A DNA stretch of 64,000 nt from Candidatus Heimdallarchaeota archaeon (GTDB lineage: Archaea > Asgardarchaeota > Heimdallarchaeia > JABLTI01). A program made the translations under genes and the position numbers. The stretch covers positions 1 through 64,000 of the forward strand of contig JABCTZ010000017.1 of NCBI GenBank assembly GCA_018238155.1. Reading direction: 5' to 3'. Numbering within the stretch: the stretch's first letter is position 1; the number at the start of each line of letters is the position of its first letter. The notes beneath the pieces were generated by a model. It saw nothing but the letters and a program-made list of their open reading frames with translations, was not told the DNA's origin and searched no databases. Below, in pieces: positions 20,628 through 28,940 of the stretch.

Positions 20628-23615
20628 ATGGAAAACAAAGTAACGCTATTCCAAAAGATAACGCTCGATAATCTAATGCTACATGAATTCACTGAAGTTG
20701 ACTTAGCAAAAGAGTCAATTACATTGATTACTGGAGCAAACGGTTCTGGAAAAACGCAAATACTTGATGGAATTATTATTTGTATCGGACATATACCTAC
20801 TCGAGCAAAGGCTAAAGGGATTGGGAGTTTGGTTGGGAAAAATGGTAAAAATGCGAAAGTAACCCTTGAATTAGCAAATCCAATAGTAAACTCTCGTAGA
20901 GCAATTACTACCATGGATAAAGACCTTAATGCAGTAATTAATTCTGATCGTTTTAAAATAAATGCTAAAATATCTAGAAATGATAGTTCGATTATCTATT
21001 CAATAAATAATTCTCGGACAATTATTAGAGGACGGTTAGTCTCTAGGAGAGATATTAGACGAATTTTCGAATCAATTGGTGTTCGAGGTGACAATCGATT
21101 GGCATTTACAGGAGAAGGTACTGTAGATGAATTTGCTTCAAAGAGTGCAAAACGAAAATTGGATGTTCTATTAGATGTTACTGGTCTTAAACAATACAGA
21201 GAAGAAGTAATCGCTTCTCAAGATACACTCAGAGCAAGCATTCAAGAAATTGAACCATTAAAGAGAAAATTAGAGACAGAAGGAAAGCTCCTCAACCTAT
21301 GGAATGATGCATTGAATATTCTAAAACAAAAAAAGAAATTAATGATAATGAAAACCAATTTGCAAAACGAAATGGCTTGGTCTTATGTTATACGATTAGA
21401 AAAAAGAGTAGAGGGTCTGAATAAAGAGCGATTAAAAATTCTAAAACAAAGAAGCGACAATGAATCCGCAATTCAAAAGAAGGATGAAGAGATAATCATT
21501 CTTAGACGAAAACTAAATTCGTTAGATGACGAATTGGATTCTTTTGAGGAACAGCAAAGAGTAAAAAATAGACGAGTAATAACTCTCGAGACTCAATTAG
21601 AAAATGATGAAGATAACATTGCTAGTTTCCAAAAGGAAATTGTAAGATATTCTGAGCAAAAACAACAAATGGAGTCTCTATTAGCAAATAAGGATTTGAG
21701 TGCCAAGGATCTAAAAATTCAAGATAAACAAGAAGCTCTTGCAGTAAAATTAAAGAAACTTTCAATCCTTCAAGAAAAATGTTCTAGAGCCGAAAATGAA
21801 TTAAGACTTTTACGAAAACAAATTATCAATGAACCGGATTTTGATTCATTCACTTCTAATGAGGAAGTATTCGCGGGGAAAAGATTAACCAAATATGAAA
21901 ACGAAATGGTTCACGCTTCACAAATCTTCCTGCAAAAAGTGAAGCAAATTTCAAAATCTGACGAAATTGCAGGACCAATAATTTCTCTAATTAAGATAAA
22001 AGATGGGCATAAATCTTGGGAAAAAGCAGTAAAAACTATCATCGGTCGAAATCTCTATGCATTTATTGCTAAATCAGATGATGCTTACAGGTTGGCAAAA
22101 CGGATTTATGACGAAACATGGCCTAGATGGAAACCCCCATTATCAGTATACAAAGTTTCAGCAGAAGATGCCCAAAGAGCAACTATCACTACAAAAAAAC
22201 CTTCGTTTAAGGAAATTTATAACATAGCTGCTAATCTAATAGAGGGAGACCCTTTTGCAGTTGGATTCTTGAAAAGAACAACAAGAAATGCATTAGCAGA
22301 AGATAAATACGATCCAAATAGCTTAACCGGTATTGCTAAGCTAATTAAAACTAATATTTTAACAAAATCAGGTAAAAGTTATTACCTTTATCATGGCGGT
22401 TTCGGAAGACCGCCCGTACCGATTAATAATCCATTAGGATATCAATTAAAACCACAAACCGGTAAAACTAGAATTTCTTTTTCAAATGAACGAAAAATAA
22501 GAGTAGAAATTGCTAAATTAGAAAAAGAAAGGAGAGATCTAAAATTCGATGAAATTCAAACAATGGGTGCGATTTCAAAATTACATCAAGAAGTTCAAGC
22601 ATTAGGATTGCCTGATGAAAAAATAATCGGTAAAATTGAAACAATAAACGAACTGATTGCTAATATTGAAGCAAAAGCTGCAGAAATCAAATCACATTAT
22701 AATCAACTAGATTCTGATCTGAATATTGCTACAACTGCTTTTACTTCTTTCAAAAACTCTAAAGGAGAAATTACTCTAAGAATTGACGAAATTGCGGAAA
22801 CAATGGATTTACTAAGAATCGAACAACATAGCTTAAAAGAAAAAGGATCGAGATTATTAACTCTCGAACTAAATTATGATGCTGAATATGAGGAATTTAT
22901 TGAAGATAAAAAAGAACGAGAAGAAACCGCAAAGCGAAAAGGAGAACGACCCGAAGAAATTAGAAATTACTCTGACATTAGAGATGAGCTTAATAGAATA
23001 GAAGGACATCTCGAGTCAATTGGTATAAGCAATGTTGATGAAGACAAAATCGAAGATCAAAAAACAAAGGTCGAATCTCTTAAGAAATATATGACTGAAA
23101 GAGAGGAGCATATTACTCGATTACGTGCTGATTTAGAAGCAAGATTAGCCTTTTGGAATGGTGAATTGCAAGAAATAATAACTAACATCTCAAGAGCGAT
23201 GAAACTACTTCTAGGAGGGATTTTTGATAAGATTCGTTTGAAAGTAACAAATATCAACAAACCTGATGAGGCTGGCTTATTCATTGAAGCCATTACTAAA
23301 GGAGATGACTTTAGGGATTTCCGTGAATTAAGCGGAGGAGAAAAAGTACTTGCCATTGAAGGTCTAATTCTTGCTATGCATACTCTCACAGATTCTCCAA
23401 TTCATGCTATTGATGAATTTACTCAAAGATTAGATGAAAAAAATAAAGCACTAGCCTTTAGTATTGCAATTAGGACACAGAAATTAGCTAATGAAAATTC
23501 TCGTTTTATACCTCAATTTATTCTTTTGTGCCCAGAAGCTCTTGATGTTAAACTCTCAGAAAGCATACATCATGTAGTTGTATCAGAAATGAAGGTGATG
23601 AAAGCTGAACACTGA
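20628..23615 (+). CDS. SMC-family ATPase, Smc5/6 (ClsN/coalescin)-like
   Basis: Walker A GANGSGKT; coiled coils; hinge GPIISLIKIKD..WEKAVKTIIGRNLYAFI; signature LSGGEK; SPIHAIDEFTQRLD, like Smc6 SPFRCLDEFDVFMD. Confidence 0.88.
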   Translation: MENKVTLFQKITLDNLMLHEFTEVDLAKESITLITGANGSGKTQILDGIIICIGHIPTRAKAKGIGSLVGKNGKNAKVTLELANPIVNSRRAITTMDKDLNAVINSDRFKINAKISRNDSSIIYSINNSRTIIRGRLVSRRDIRRIFESIGVRGDNRLAFTGEGTVDEFASKSAKRKLDVLLDVTGLKQYREEVIASQDTLRASIQEIEPLKRKLETEGKLLNLWNDALNILKQKKKLMIMKTNLQNEMAWSYVIRLEKRVEGLNKERLKILKQRSDNESAIQKKDEEIIILRRKLNSLDDELDSFEEQQRVKNRRVITLETQLENDEDNIASFQKEIVRYSEQKQQMESLLANKDLSAKDLKIQDKQEALAVKLKKLSILQEKCSRAENELRLLRKQIINEPDFDSFTSNEEVFAGKRLTKYENEMVHASQIFLQKVKQISKSDEIAGPIISLIKIKDGHKSWEKAVKTIIGRNLYAFIAKSDDAYRLAKRIYDETWPRWKPPLSVYKVSAEDAQRATITTKKPSFKEIYNIAANLIEGDPFAVGFLKRTTRNALAEDKYDPNSLTGIAKLIKTNILTKSGKSYYLYHGGFGRPPVPINNPLGYQLKPQTGKTRISFSNERKIRVEIAKLEKERRDLKFDEIQTMGAISKLHQEVQALGLPDEKIIGKIETINELIANIEAKAAEIKSHYNQLDSDLNIATTAFTSFKNSKGEITLRIDEIAETMDLLRIEQHSLKEKGSRLLTLELNYDAEYEEFIEDKKEREETAKRKGERPEEIRNYSDIRDELNRIEGHLESIGISNVDEDKIEDQKTKVESLKKYMTEREEHITRLRADLEARLAFWNGELQEIITNISRAMKLLLGGIFDKIRLKVTNINKPDEAGLFIEAITKGDDFRDFRELSGGEKVLAIEGLILAMHTLTDSPIHAIDEFTQRLDEKNKALAFSIAIRTQKLANENSRFIPQFILLCPEALDVKLSESIHHVVVSEMKVMKAEH

Positions 23616-24510
23616 AGATGATACCAACAACATTGAATTTATAATAGAATCTAATTCAGATGAATCTTTAGTAGATGTAATTGAAAACAATGACAATACC
23701 TCCAAACTAAAGAAGGTCAAAGATAAAATTAAATCTCCAAAGAAAAAGACTTCTTCAGTTTCTAGTATAGAGAAGAAATTATGGAATGTCGCTAAAAAAT
23801 ACAAGTCGTTTTTCGATAAAGATGAAGTCCCCCAAATTGCTGAAAGTGAAGAAGATCGCCAAGAAGTATCTGATGCTTATTTGGAAGTTTCAACAAAGCG
23901 CCATAGACAGCTAGATTCACGCGTTTATTACTCTTTGACAAAAATGCAAAGAACACGAGATGCAAAAGTTGCTTTAGAAGGGACGACAGAGAAAGATAGA
24001 TTAAGAATGATTGCTTGGGAAGTAAAAATTCGTCTTCAACCGATTATTTTTGCTGTTGGTGATAGTACAATAGAAATGGACATTTTTAATCTTCATGAGA
24101 CAGGGGCTGATGTTAGAATTATTGAGGGAAATAGTCAAGAATTGCTGATTGAAGATAATGTCCTTGATGAGAACAGCATTGCAATACTTGATGATTTACC
24201 TCTTAGAAAACTAACAAAAGATCAGAAAACAAAATTGAAAAGAGAAATTATCGAGAAATTTGTTGGAAAGGTTTTTTCAAGAGATGATTTTAATAGAAAG
24301 CTCAACAGCCTTTATGCAGATTTGATTTCTTTAATGGTGCGTGAAAAACAAATCATCATTTTAAAACAGCAAGATAATAGATTCAAGCTTATACACGTAG
24401 AACATGAAGAAGCTATTGACTTAGAACATCTAGTTAGTCAATCACTTGTAATTATACCAAAAATGGTTCAACTACAGAATGTAGCTATTAGAAGGAGTAA
24501 GAAGAAATGA
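23605..24510 (+). CDS. Putative kleisin (Nse4/ScpA-like) subunit, probable CTG start
   Basis: Frame open 92 codons upstream of the track start; GGTGA 6 nt before CTG at 23605; C-terminal DDFNRKLNSLYADLISLMVREKQIII resembles the Nse4 C-terminal winged helix; directly after smc. Confidence 0.55.
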   Translation: MNTEDDTNNIEFIIESNSDESLVDVIENNDNTSKLKKVKDKIKSPKKKTSSVSSIEKKLWNVAKKYKSFFDKDEVPQIAESEEDRQEVSDAYLEVSTKRHRQLDSRVYYSLTKMQRTRDAKVALEGTTEKDRLRMIAWEVKIRLQPIIFAVGDSTIEMDIFNLHETGADVRIIEGNSQELLIEDNVLDENSIAILDDLPLRKLTKDQKTKLKREIIEKFVGKVFSRDDFNRKLNSLYADLISLMVREKQIIILKQQDNRFKLIHVEHEEAIDLEHLVSQSLVIIPKMVQLQNVAIRRSKKK

Positions 24511-25136
24511 TTGATAATAGATTAGAAGATTACGAAGAAGTGACAGAAAATACTCGAGATTCATCTGAAGTAGAAGAAAAATTAACAGAAGATTTTGGAG
24601 AAATGGACCCCCAGTTATTTGTTGCATTATCTTCGCGTTGGAGAAAAGAAAATGGCTCACTTGCTTTTGGTATAGAAAAACGACAACTACGTAATAAGAC
24701 AGGCTTAACGTTGATGGAACTTGAAACGCTGCTTGAAGATTTTGGCAAAAAAGTAAAAAGAATAGGATTGGAACTAATTTCATATGTTGAGAATAATCAA
24801 GAATGGTATTGTTTACGCTCGATATTTGTTGTTCCAAATGAATTGTCATTGGATGAACAAGCAGTACTAGGTACAATTATTTTCTTAATAGAGAAAAAAA
24901 CTGATCATCGAAGAAGGGAAGAAACACCAATTACTTCAACTGAATTAATTGCAAGATTGGTAAAAAGGGGCTACTACTCTGAATATACATTAACGAAAAT
25001 TCTACGTAGATTAGATAATTCTGGGTATGTTAGGCGAGGGGGAAATAAAATACGCTATGGAGCAAGAACAAAAATTGAGATTTCTTCTGATAGACGAAAA
25101 GAAATTGCTGATAGAACTGAGGGAATGCTACTTTAA
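24507..25136 (+). CDS. KITE subunit (tandem winged helix; Nse3/MAGE/Nse1-like)
   Basis: IGLELI, VLGTIIFLIE and YGARTKIEISS resemble MAGE/Nse3 FGxELxE, LxxILGLI and WGPRTxLETSK; overlaps upstream gene by ATGA. Confidence 0.7.
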   Translation: MIDNRLEDYEEVTENTRDSSEVEEKLTEDFGEMDPQLFVALSSRWRKENGSLAFGIEKRQLRNKTGLTLMELETLLEDFGKKVKRIGLELISYVENNQEWYCLRSIFVVPNELSLDEQAVLGTIIFLIEKKTDHRRREETPITSTELIARLVKRGYYSEYTLTKILRRLDNSGYVRRGGNKIRYGARTKIEISSDRRKEIADRTEGMLL

Positions 25137-25156
25137 TTCAATGAGGTGAAGATGAA

Positions 25157-25648
25157 ATGGCCGTTGTAACAACTACTACTGTTTCGGTGAGGTGTGCGGG
25201 GCACAATGGTAGAGCTACGCTAAAAGAAGCGGTAGAAGCAGGTTGGCGTATGTGTAGAATTTGTAGGTCATTTATCTGTCCAAAATGCATCGAAGAATTT
25301 GATTTGAAAATGAATGGAACTTGCCCATCGTTTATTTTTGGAATGGACCAACACCAGCTTAGTCCAGGGCCTATTCCCGTTGAAGAAGTAATTCTATTTG
25401 CAGAATCAAACAAACAAGAAGGAATTACCGGTGGGTTGTTAGAAGCACTCTTCTTTGAGGATGAGCAAATGGGTTTTATGCCTTTTTATGCTGCTATTGA
25501 AAAGAAAAAGAAAGAAGAAGAAGAGACGGATGAAGATGAATTGAGTTTAGAACCTCCAAAAATACAAGAAGAAATGTGGTCGTCTTTTGGATTTGTAATG
25601 ACTAAAAGAAGACGAGGAAAATTCATTACTTGGGAGAAAATCGGTTAA
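25157..25648 (+). CDS. RING-like Zn-finger protein (Nse1-RING-like spacing), candidate E3
   Basis: C13-x2-H-x16-C-x2-C-x4-C-x2-C-x11-CP-x8-H66. Confidence 0.6.
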   Translation: MAVVTTTTVSVRCAGHNGRATLKEAVEAGWRMCRICRSFICPKCIEEFDLKMNGTCPSFIFGMDQHQLSPGPIPVEEVILFAESNKQEGITGGLLEALFFEDEQMGFMPFYAAIEKKKKEEEETDEDELSLEPPKIQEEMWSSFGFVMTKRRRGKFITWEKIG

Positions 25649-25681
25649 GGTTTTTAGAGACTAACAATAGGTGTAATACAG

Positions 25682-26317
25682 GTGACAAAAAAACAACAAA
25701 AACAAAAAAAATTACTTTCCGAATTACTTGGTGAAGTCGCACCTGAAGAAACCCCTTCAGAACAAATTGAAGAGGAATCTCAAACTGTTGATAATGAAGA
25801 GCTTACTGAGGAAATTTTAGAAGAATATCCATTAAATGAAATATATTCGGTATACATTCTACATAGAGTCGTTTATGAAACAATAGTTATGTGTAAGAAA
25901 GCTATTCCAAATGAAGCAATTGGTATTCTCTTAGGATATAAAATGCGATACAAGGGGAAAAATTATGTCAAGGTAGTTGATTGGGTCACAGGTAAAGCAA
26001 ACCAAAGTCAAGCTTTTGCAGAATTTACTCCTGAGGGTGTAAGACAATACACTACACTAATTGATGAAAGATATGGAGAAAGTGAAAACCGACCAAGAAT
26101 AGTGGGTATAATTCATTCACATCCATTTGGGTCTAATCCACATTTCTCCAGAACGGATTATAATACCTTTCTGAATTTTCCCTATGATGCAGAGCACAAT
26201 GTATTCGTTTTAGTAGATCCGAAATCTGGTTACTACAAAACATACATGGTTCTTACAAATGAGGAAAAACAAAAGGATTTGATCGAAGTAAACTGGATTG
26301 AATATACAGCACGATAA
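25682..26317 (+). CDS. JAMM/MPN+ metallo-isopeptidase
   Basis: EAIGILLG and IVGIIHSHPFGSNPHFSRTD (HxH..SxxD). Confidence 0.92.
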   Translation: MTKKQQKQKKLLSELLGEVAPEETPSEQIEEESQTVDNEELTEEILEEYPLNEIYSVYILHRVVYETIVMCKKAIPNEAIGILLGYKMRYKGKNYVKVVDWVTGKANQSQAFAEFTPEGVRQYTTLIDERYGESENRPRIVGIIHSHPFGSNPHFSRTDYNTFLNFPYDAEHNVFVLVDPKSGYYKTYMVLTNEEKQKDLIEVNWIEYTAR

Positions 26318-26329
26318 AGAGGTGAAAAA

Positions 26330-27184
26330 ATGACTGAAAAACCACTACATGTAGGATTTTACGAGGATGACCTTGAAGATCGTACTCGAAGATATTATGG
26401 AATAGATAACCTCAAACGAATTAAAGATAGCACAATTTTGTGTGTCGGTGCCGGAGCTGTTGGAAATGAGGTTTGTAAAAATCTTGGTATGTTGGGTGTA
26501 GGTCATATTCGTTTAGTTGATTTTGATATAGTAAGTAAATCAAACATAAATCGTTGTATATTTTTCAGACCTGAGGATCACAAAGAAATTTCAAAAGTTG
26601 AAGCTGTAACAAAACGATTGCCGGAAATTGTCCCAAATACAAAGATTACTCCCTATAATGTGAGAATAGAAGAAGCACCCCTAGAAGTTTATGATGCTGA
26701 TTTAATTATTATGGCATTGGATAATGACTATGCAAGGTATATGTTAAATTTCGCTGATTTAATGTTAGAAGTACCCATTCCAATTGTTAATGGTGCTATG
26801 GGAAGATCATTTTTAGAAGCGGAAATATATCTCCCAGGTGATACTGCTTGTGCAGTTTGCTTATGGAGTGAGGATTATTATCGTTCAATAATGACTCATC
26901 AAGTAACGCTAAAATGTGATGAATTTTTTATTGACACATTACCTAAATTTCCAATGATCAGTACATTGACTTCAATTGTTGGTGGGATTATGTCTGTTGA
27001 AGCAACTAAAATTCTCATTAGTAGCGATGGAACTGGTAAATACCCGAATATTACAAAAGGGCAAGAACCAAACTTCGGTAAAATGATTAGATATGATCTT
27101 AGAAATCATGAATTAACTATTGGGAATATTATGCCAAATCCAAAATGTGTAGATGTAACATGCAGAGCAAGGCGAAAAAATTGA
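26330..27184 (+). CDS. ThiF/E1-like ubiquitin-like protein activating enzyme
   Basis: GAGAVG, DFDIVSKSNINR, CAVC, candidate catalytic Cys in LKCDE, PNPKCVDVTC. Confidence 0.9.
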   Translation: MTEKPLHVGFYEDDLEDRTRRYYGIDNLKRIKDSTILCVGAGAVGNEVCKNLGMLGVGHIRLVDFDIVSKSNINRCIFFRPEDHKEISKVEAVTKRLPEIVPNTKITPYNVRIEEAPLEVYDADLIIMALDNDYARYMLNFADLMLEVPIPIVNGAMGRSFLEAEIYLPGDTACAVCLWSEDYYRSIMTHQVTLKCDEFFIDTLPKFPMISTLTSIVGGIMSVEATKILISSDGTGKYPNITKGQEPNFGKMIRYDLRNHELTIGNIMPNPKCVDVTCRARRKN

Positions 27185-27312
27185 CGCTCACATCGGTAAT
27201 TTCCATCAATCAAATATTTGATGGAATATCAAAGATGCAGAGCAGCATCCATACAGTTGTAATAATAAATTACTCTGTAAAAATAAAAAAAATCAACTAA
27301 AGGTGTTAATAA

Positions 27313-27624
27313 ATGAGCGAAGAAATATGGCGTGAAATAATCGTTGACGTAGAGCCTAGACAAAAAGAGTTTAGGGTAGCAGTTGAAGAAGAATCTACTA
27401 TAGATGAAGTTGTCAAAACATTAGTACAACGATGTGTAGATGAAGGTGTAGACATTTCCAAATGGGCTAAAGAAAAGGTAGGACAACCAAATGTTAGTTT
27501 CGTGTTAATGCGAAAATCAACAGGTAATACTGCCTTACCTCCTGCAGTAACTTTTGGTTCATTAGAACCAATACTCGAGACAAATGAACGCTTTAAACTT
27601 GATGCATGTGCTCAAGTTGGATAA
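27313..27624 (+). CDS. Ubiquitin-like beta-grasp modifier ending in Val-Gly
   Basis: ESTIDEVVKTL, GNTALPPAVTFGSL and ETNERFKL parallel ubiquitin SDTIENVK, GKQLEDGRTLSDY and QKESTLHL; C-terminal Gly; lies between E1 and E2. Confidence 0.75.
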   Translation: MSEEIWREIIVDVEPRQKEFRVAVEEESTIDEVVKTLVQRCVDEGVDISKWAKEKVGQPNVSFVLMRKSTGNTALPPAVTFGSLEPILETNERFKLDACAQVG

Positions 27625-27722
27625 AGTTTCGAAACGAACATTCAACAGTAATTATAGTTAGGTATTGATCTTTGGGGATTACAAATTAATTCCCAATTTA
27701 TCTTAATGAAATAAAACGAAAG

Positions 27723-28502
27723 GTGAAAAAAATTTCAAGAGCAAATTTCCCGGCGACTGTAGTAAACGCAAGAATAGCCGAATCGATAAATGTCTTTTAT
27801 GATTCGATGGAAGATTTCTTCAAAAAAGAAGGATGGAAATGGCAACCATTCGCACGAAAAGGTGACAAATGGGTACAAGAAGATTATACAGTAGAAATAA
27901 CTGGGAAATATCAAGATGGCGCATTTAGAGAGATACTCTTTACTGCTAGAAGAACTCCGGGTTTAATTGGACAATCAACTAAAAAGGATAAAATGAATAT
28001 CGGTTACATTCACAAGTTCTCGATATATCTACCCAGGGTGTATCCTGCAAACTTGTCCCACATAAAAATGAAAGTTATATCACGACTTTGGCATCCAAGA
28101 ATATCCATGTCTGGTAGAGGAGATGCTTGTATAACCGTAAATGGTGAAGTGGATAGAATTTTGATTGATTTGATTTACCATCTATTAATGGACCCAAAGA
28201 GAATACGTCCACCAAAACTATATCCAAAAGAGGATTCGGGTATGAATACAGTAGCTATGCGTTGGTTTGAAAAAGATGCAGAAGATATACATAAAGCAAT
28301 GCTAGTAAATTGGGATACAAAACACGAAAAAACTTCTTTGAAAGATGGTGGTGGTGGAATAAAGATAATCGGTGGAGATAACAAAAAGCAGGAAAGCAAA
28401 GGAAAGAGTGCAATCAGAATCATTCCAAAAAAGATTGAGGAAACAAAAGAATCCTCACAAAAGAAAGAGAAAAAGAAGAAGGGTGGCATGCGTATAATTT
28501 GA
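27723..28502 (+). CDS. E2 ubiquitin-conjugating (UBC-fold) enzyme with basic low-complexity tail
   Basis: FSIYLPRVYP...LWHPRISMSGRGDACI (HPN-like motif plus catalytic Cys), MNTVAMRWF. Confidence 0.8.
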   Translation: MKKISRANFPATVVNARIAESINVFYDSMEDFFKKEGWKWQPFARKGDKWVQEDYTVEITGKYQDGAFREILFTARRTPGLIGQSTKKDKMNIGYIHKFSIYLPRVYPANLSHIKMKVISRLWHPRISMSGRGDACITVNGEVDRILIDLIYHLLMDPKRIRPPKLYPKEDSGMNTVAMRWFEKDAEDIHKAMLVNWDTKHEKTSLKDGGGGIKIIGGDNKKQESKGKSAIRIIPKKIEETKESSQKKEKKKKGGMRII

Positions 28503-28795
28503 AAAAAAGGACGAATGTGCAAGCAAACGATGAATTCGATGAGTTTACCTTCGAAATTAGCTCATCAAATGCAAATGATGAGATAATTGAAGAAATTGAA
28601 AGCCTAGATCTGATAGATGAAAACATTGAAGATAAACCCAAACAAAAAACGATTAAAATTCTATCTGAAAGGGATATTCAATACAGAGAATCACCACCTC
28701 CAAATTATTATCCAAAATTCAAATGTATTTTACATTATAAAGGTGGGAACTATCGGAAAAGGAAAATACTCAAGGTAGCACATCAGGAAGACTAG
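28499..28795 (+). CDS. Small acidic/basic hypothetical protein, last gene of the operon
   Basis: TTG start overlapping the E2 stop; acidic N-half, basic C-half. Confidence 0.55.
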   Translation: MKKRTNVQANDEFDEFTFEISSSNANDEIIEEIESLDLIDENIEDKPKQKTIKILSERDIQYRESPPPNYYPKFKCILHYKGGNYRKRKILKVAHQED

Positions 28796-28940
28796 TGAAA
28801 CGCAATTCATATTCTTTTTTTATCAACTCTATTTTGGATTTAATAGATGATTTAAAAACACATCAGTTATTTAGCTTGCTAAGCAAATACTATCATTATC
28901 AAAGTAGTTCTAGTTAATTCAATCTTAGGAGAAAAATAAC

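Noticed and set aside
20628-25136. Wadjet (JetABCD) or canonical Smc-ScpAB/Rad50 assignment
   Set aside because: No JetD TOPRIM nuclease or Mre11 gene is adjacent, there is no CxxC zinc hook, and the hinge and Walker B (SP..IDEF) look Smc5/6-like rather than condensin-like (LDEVDAALD)
26330-27624. MoeB/ThiF-MoaD/ThiS sulfur-transfer module
   Set aside because: A neighbouring E2 with catalytic Cys, a RING-like gene and the absence of thiamine/molybdopterin genes favour protein conjugation
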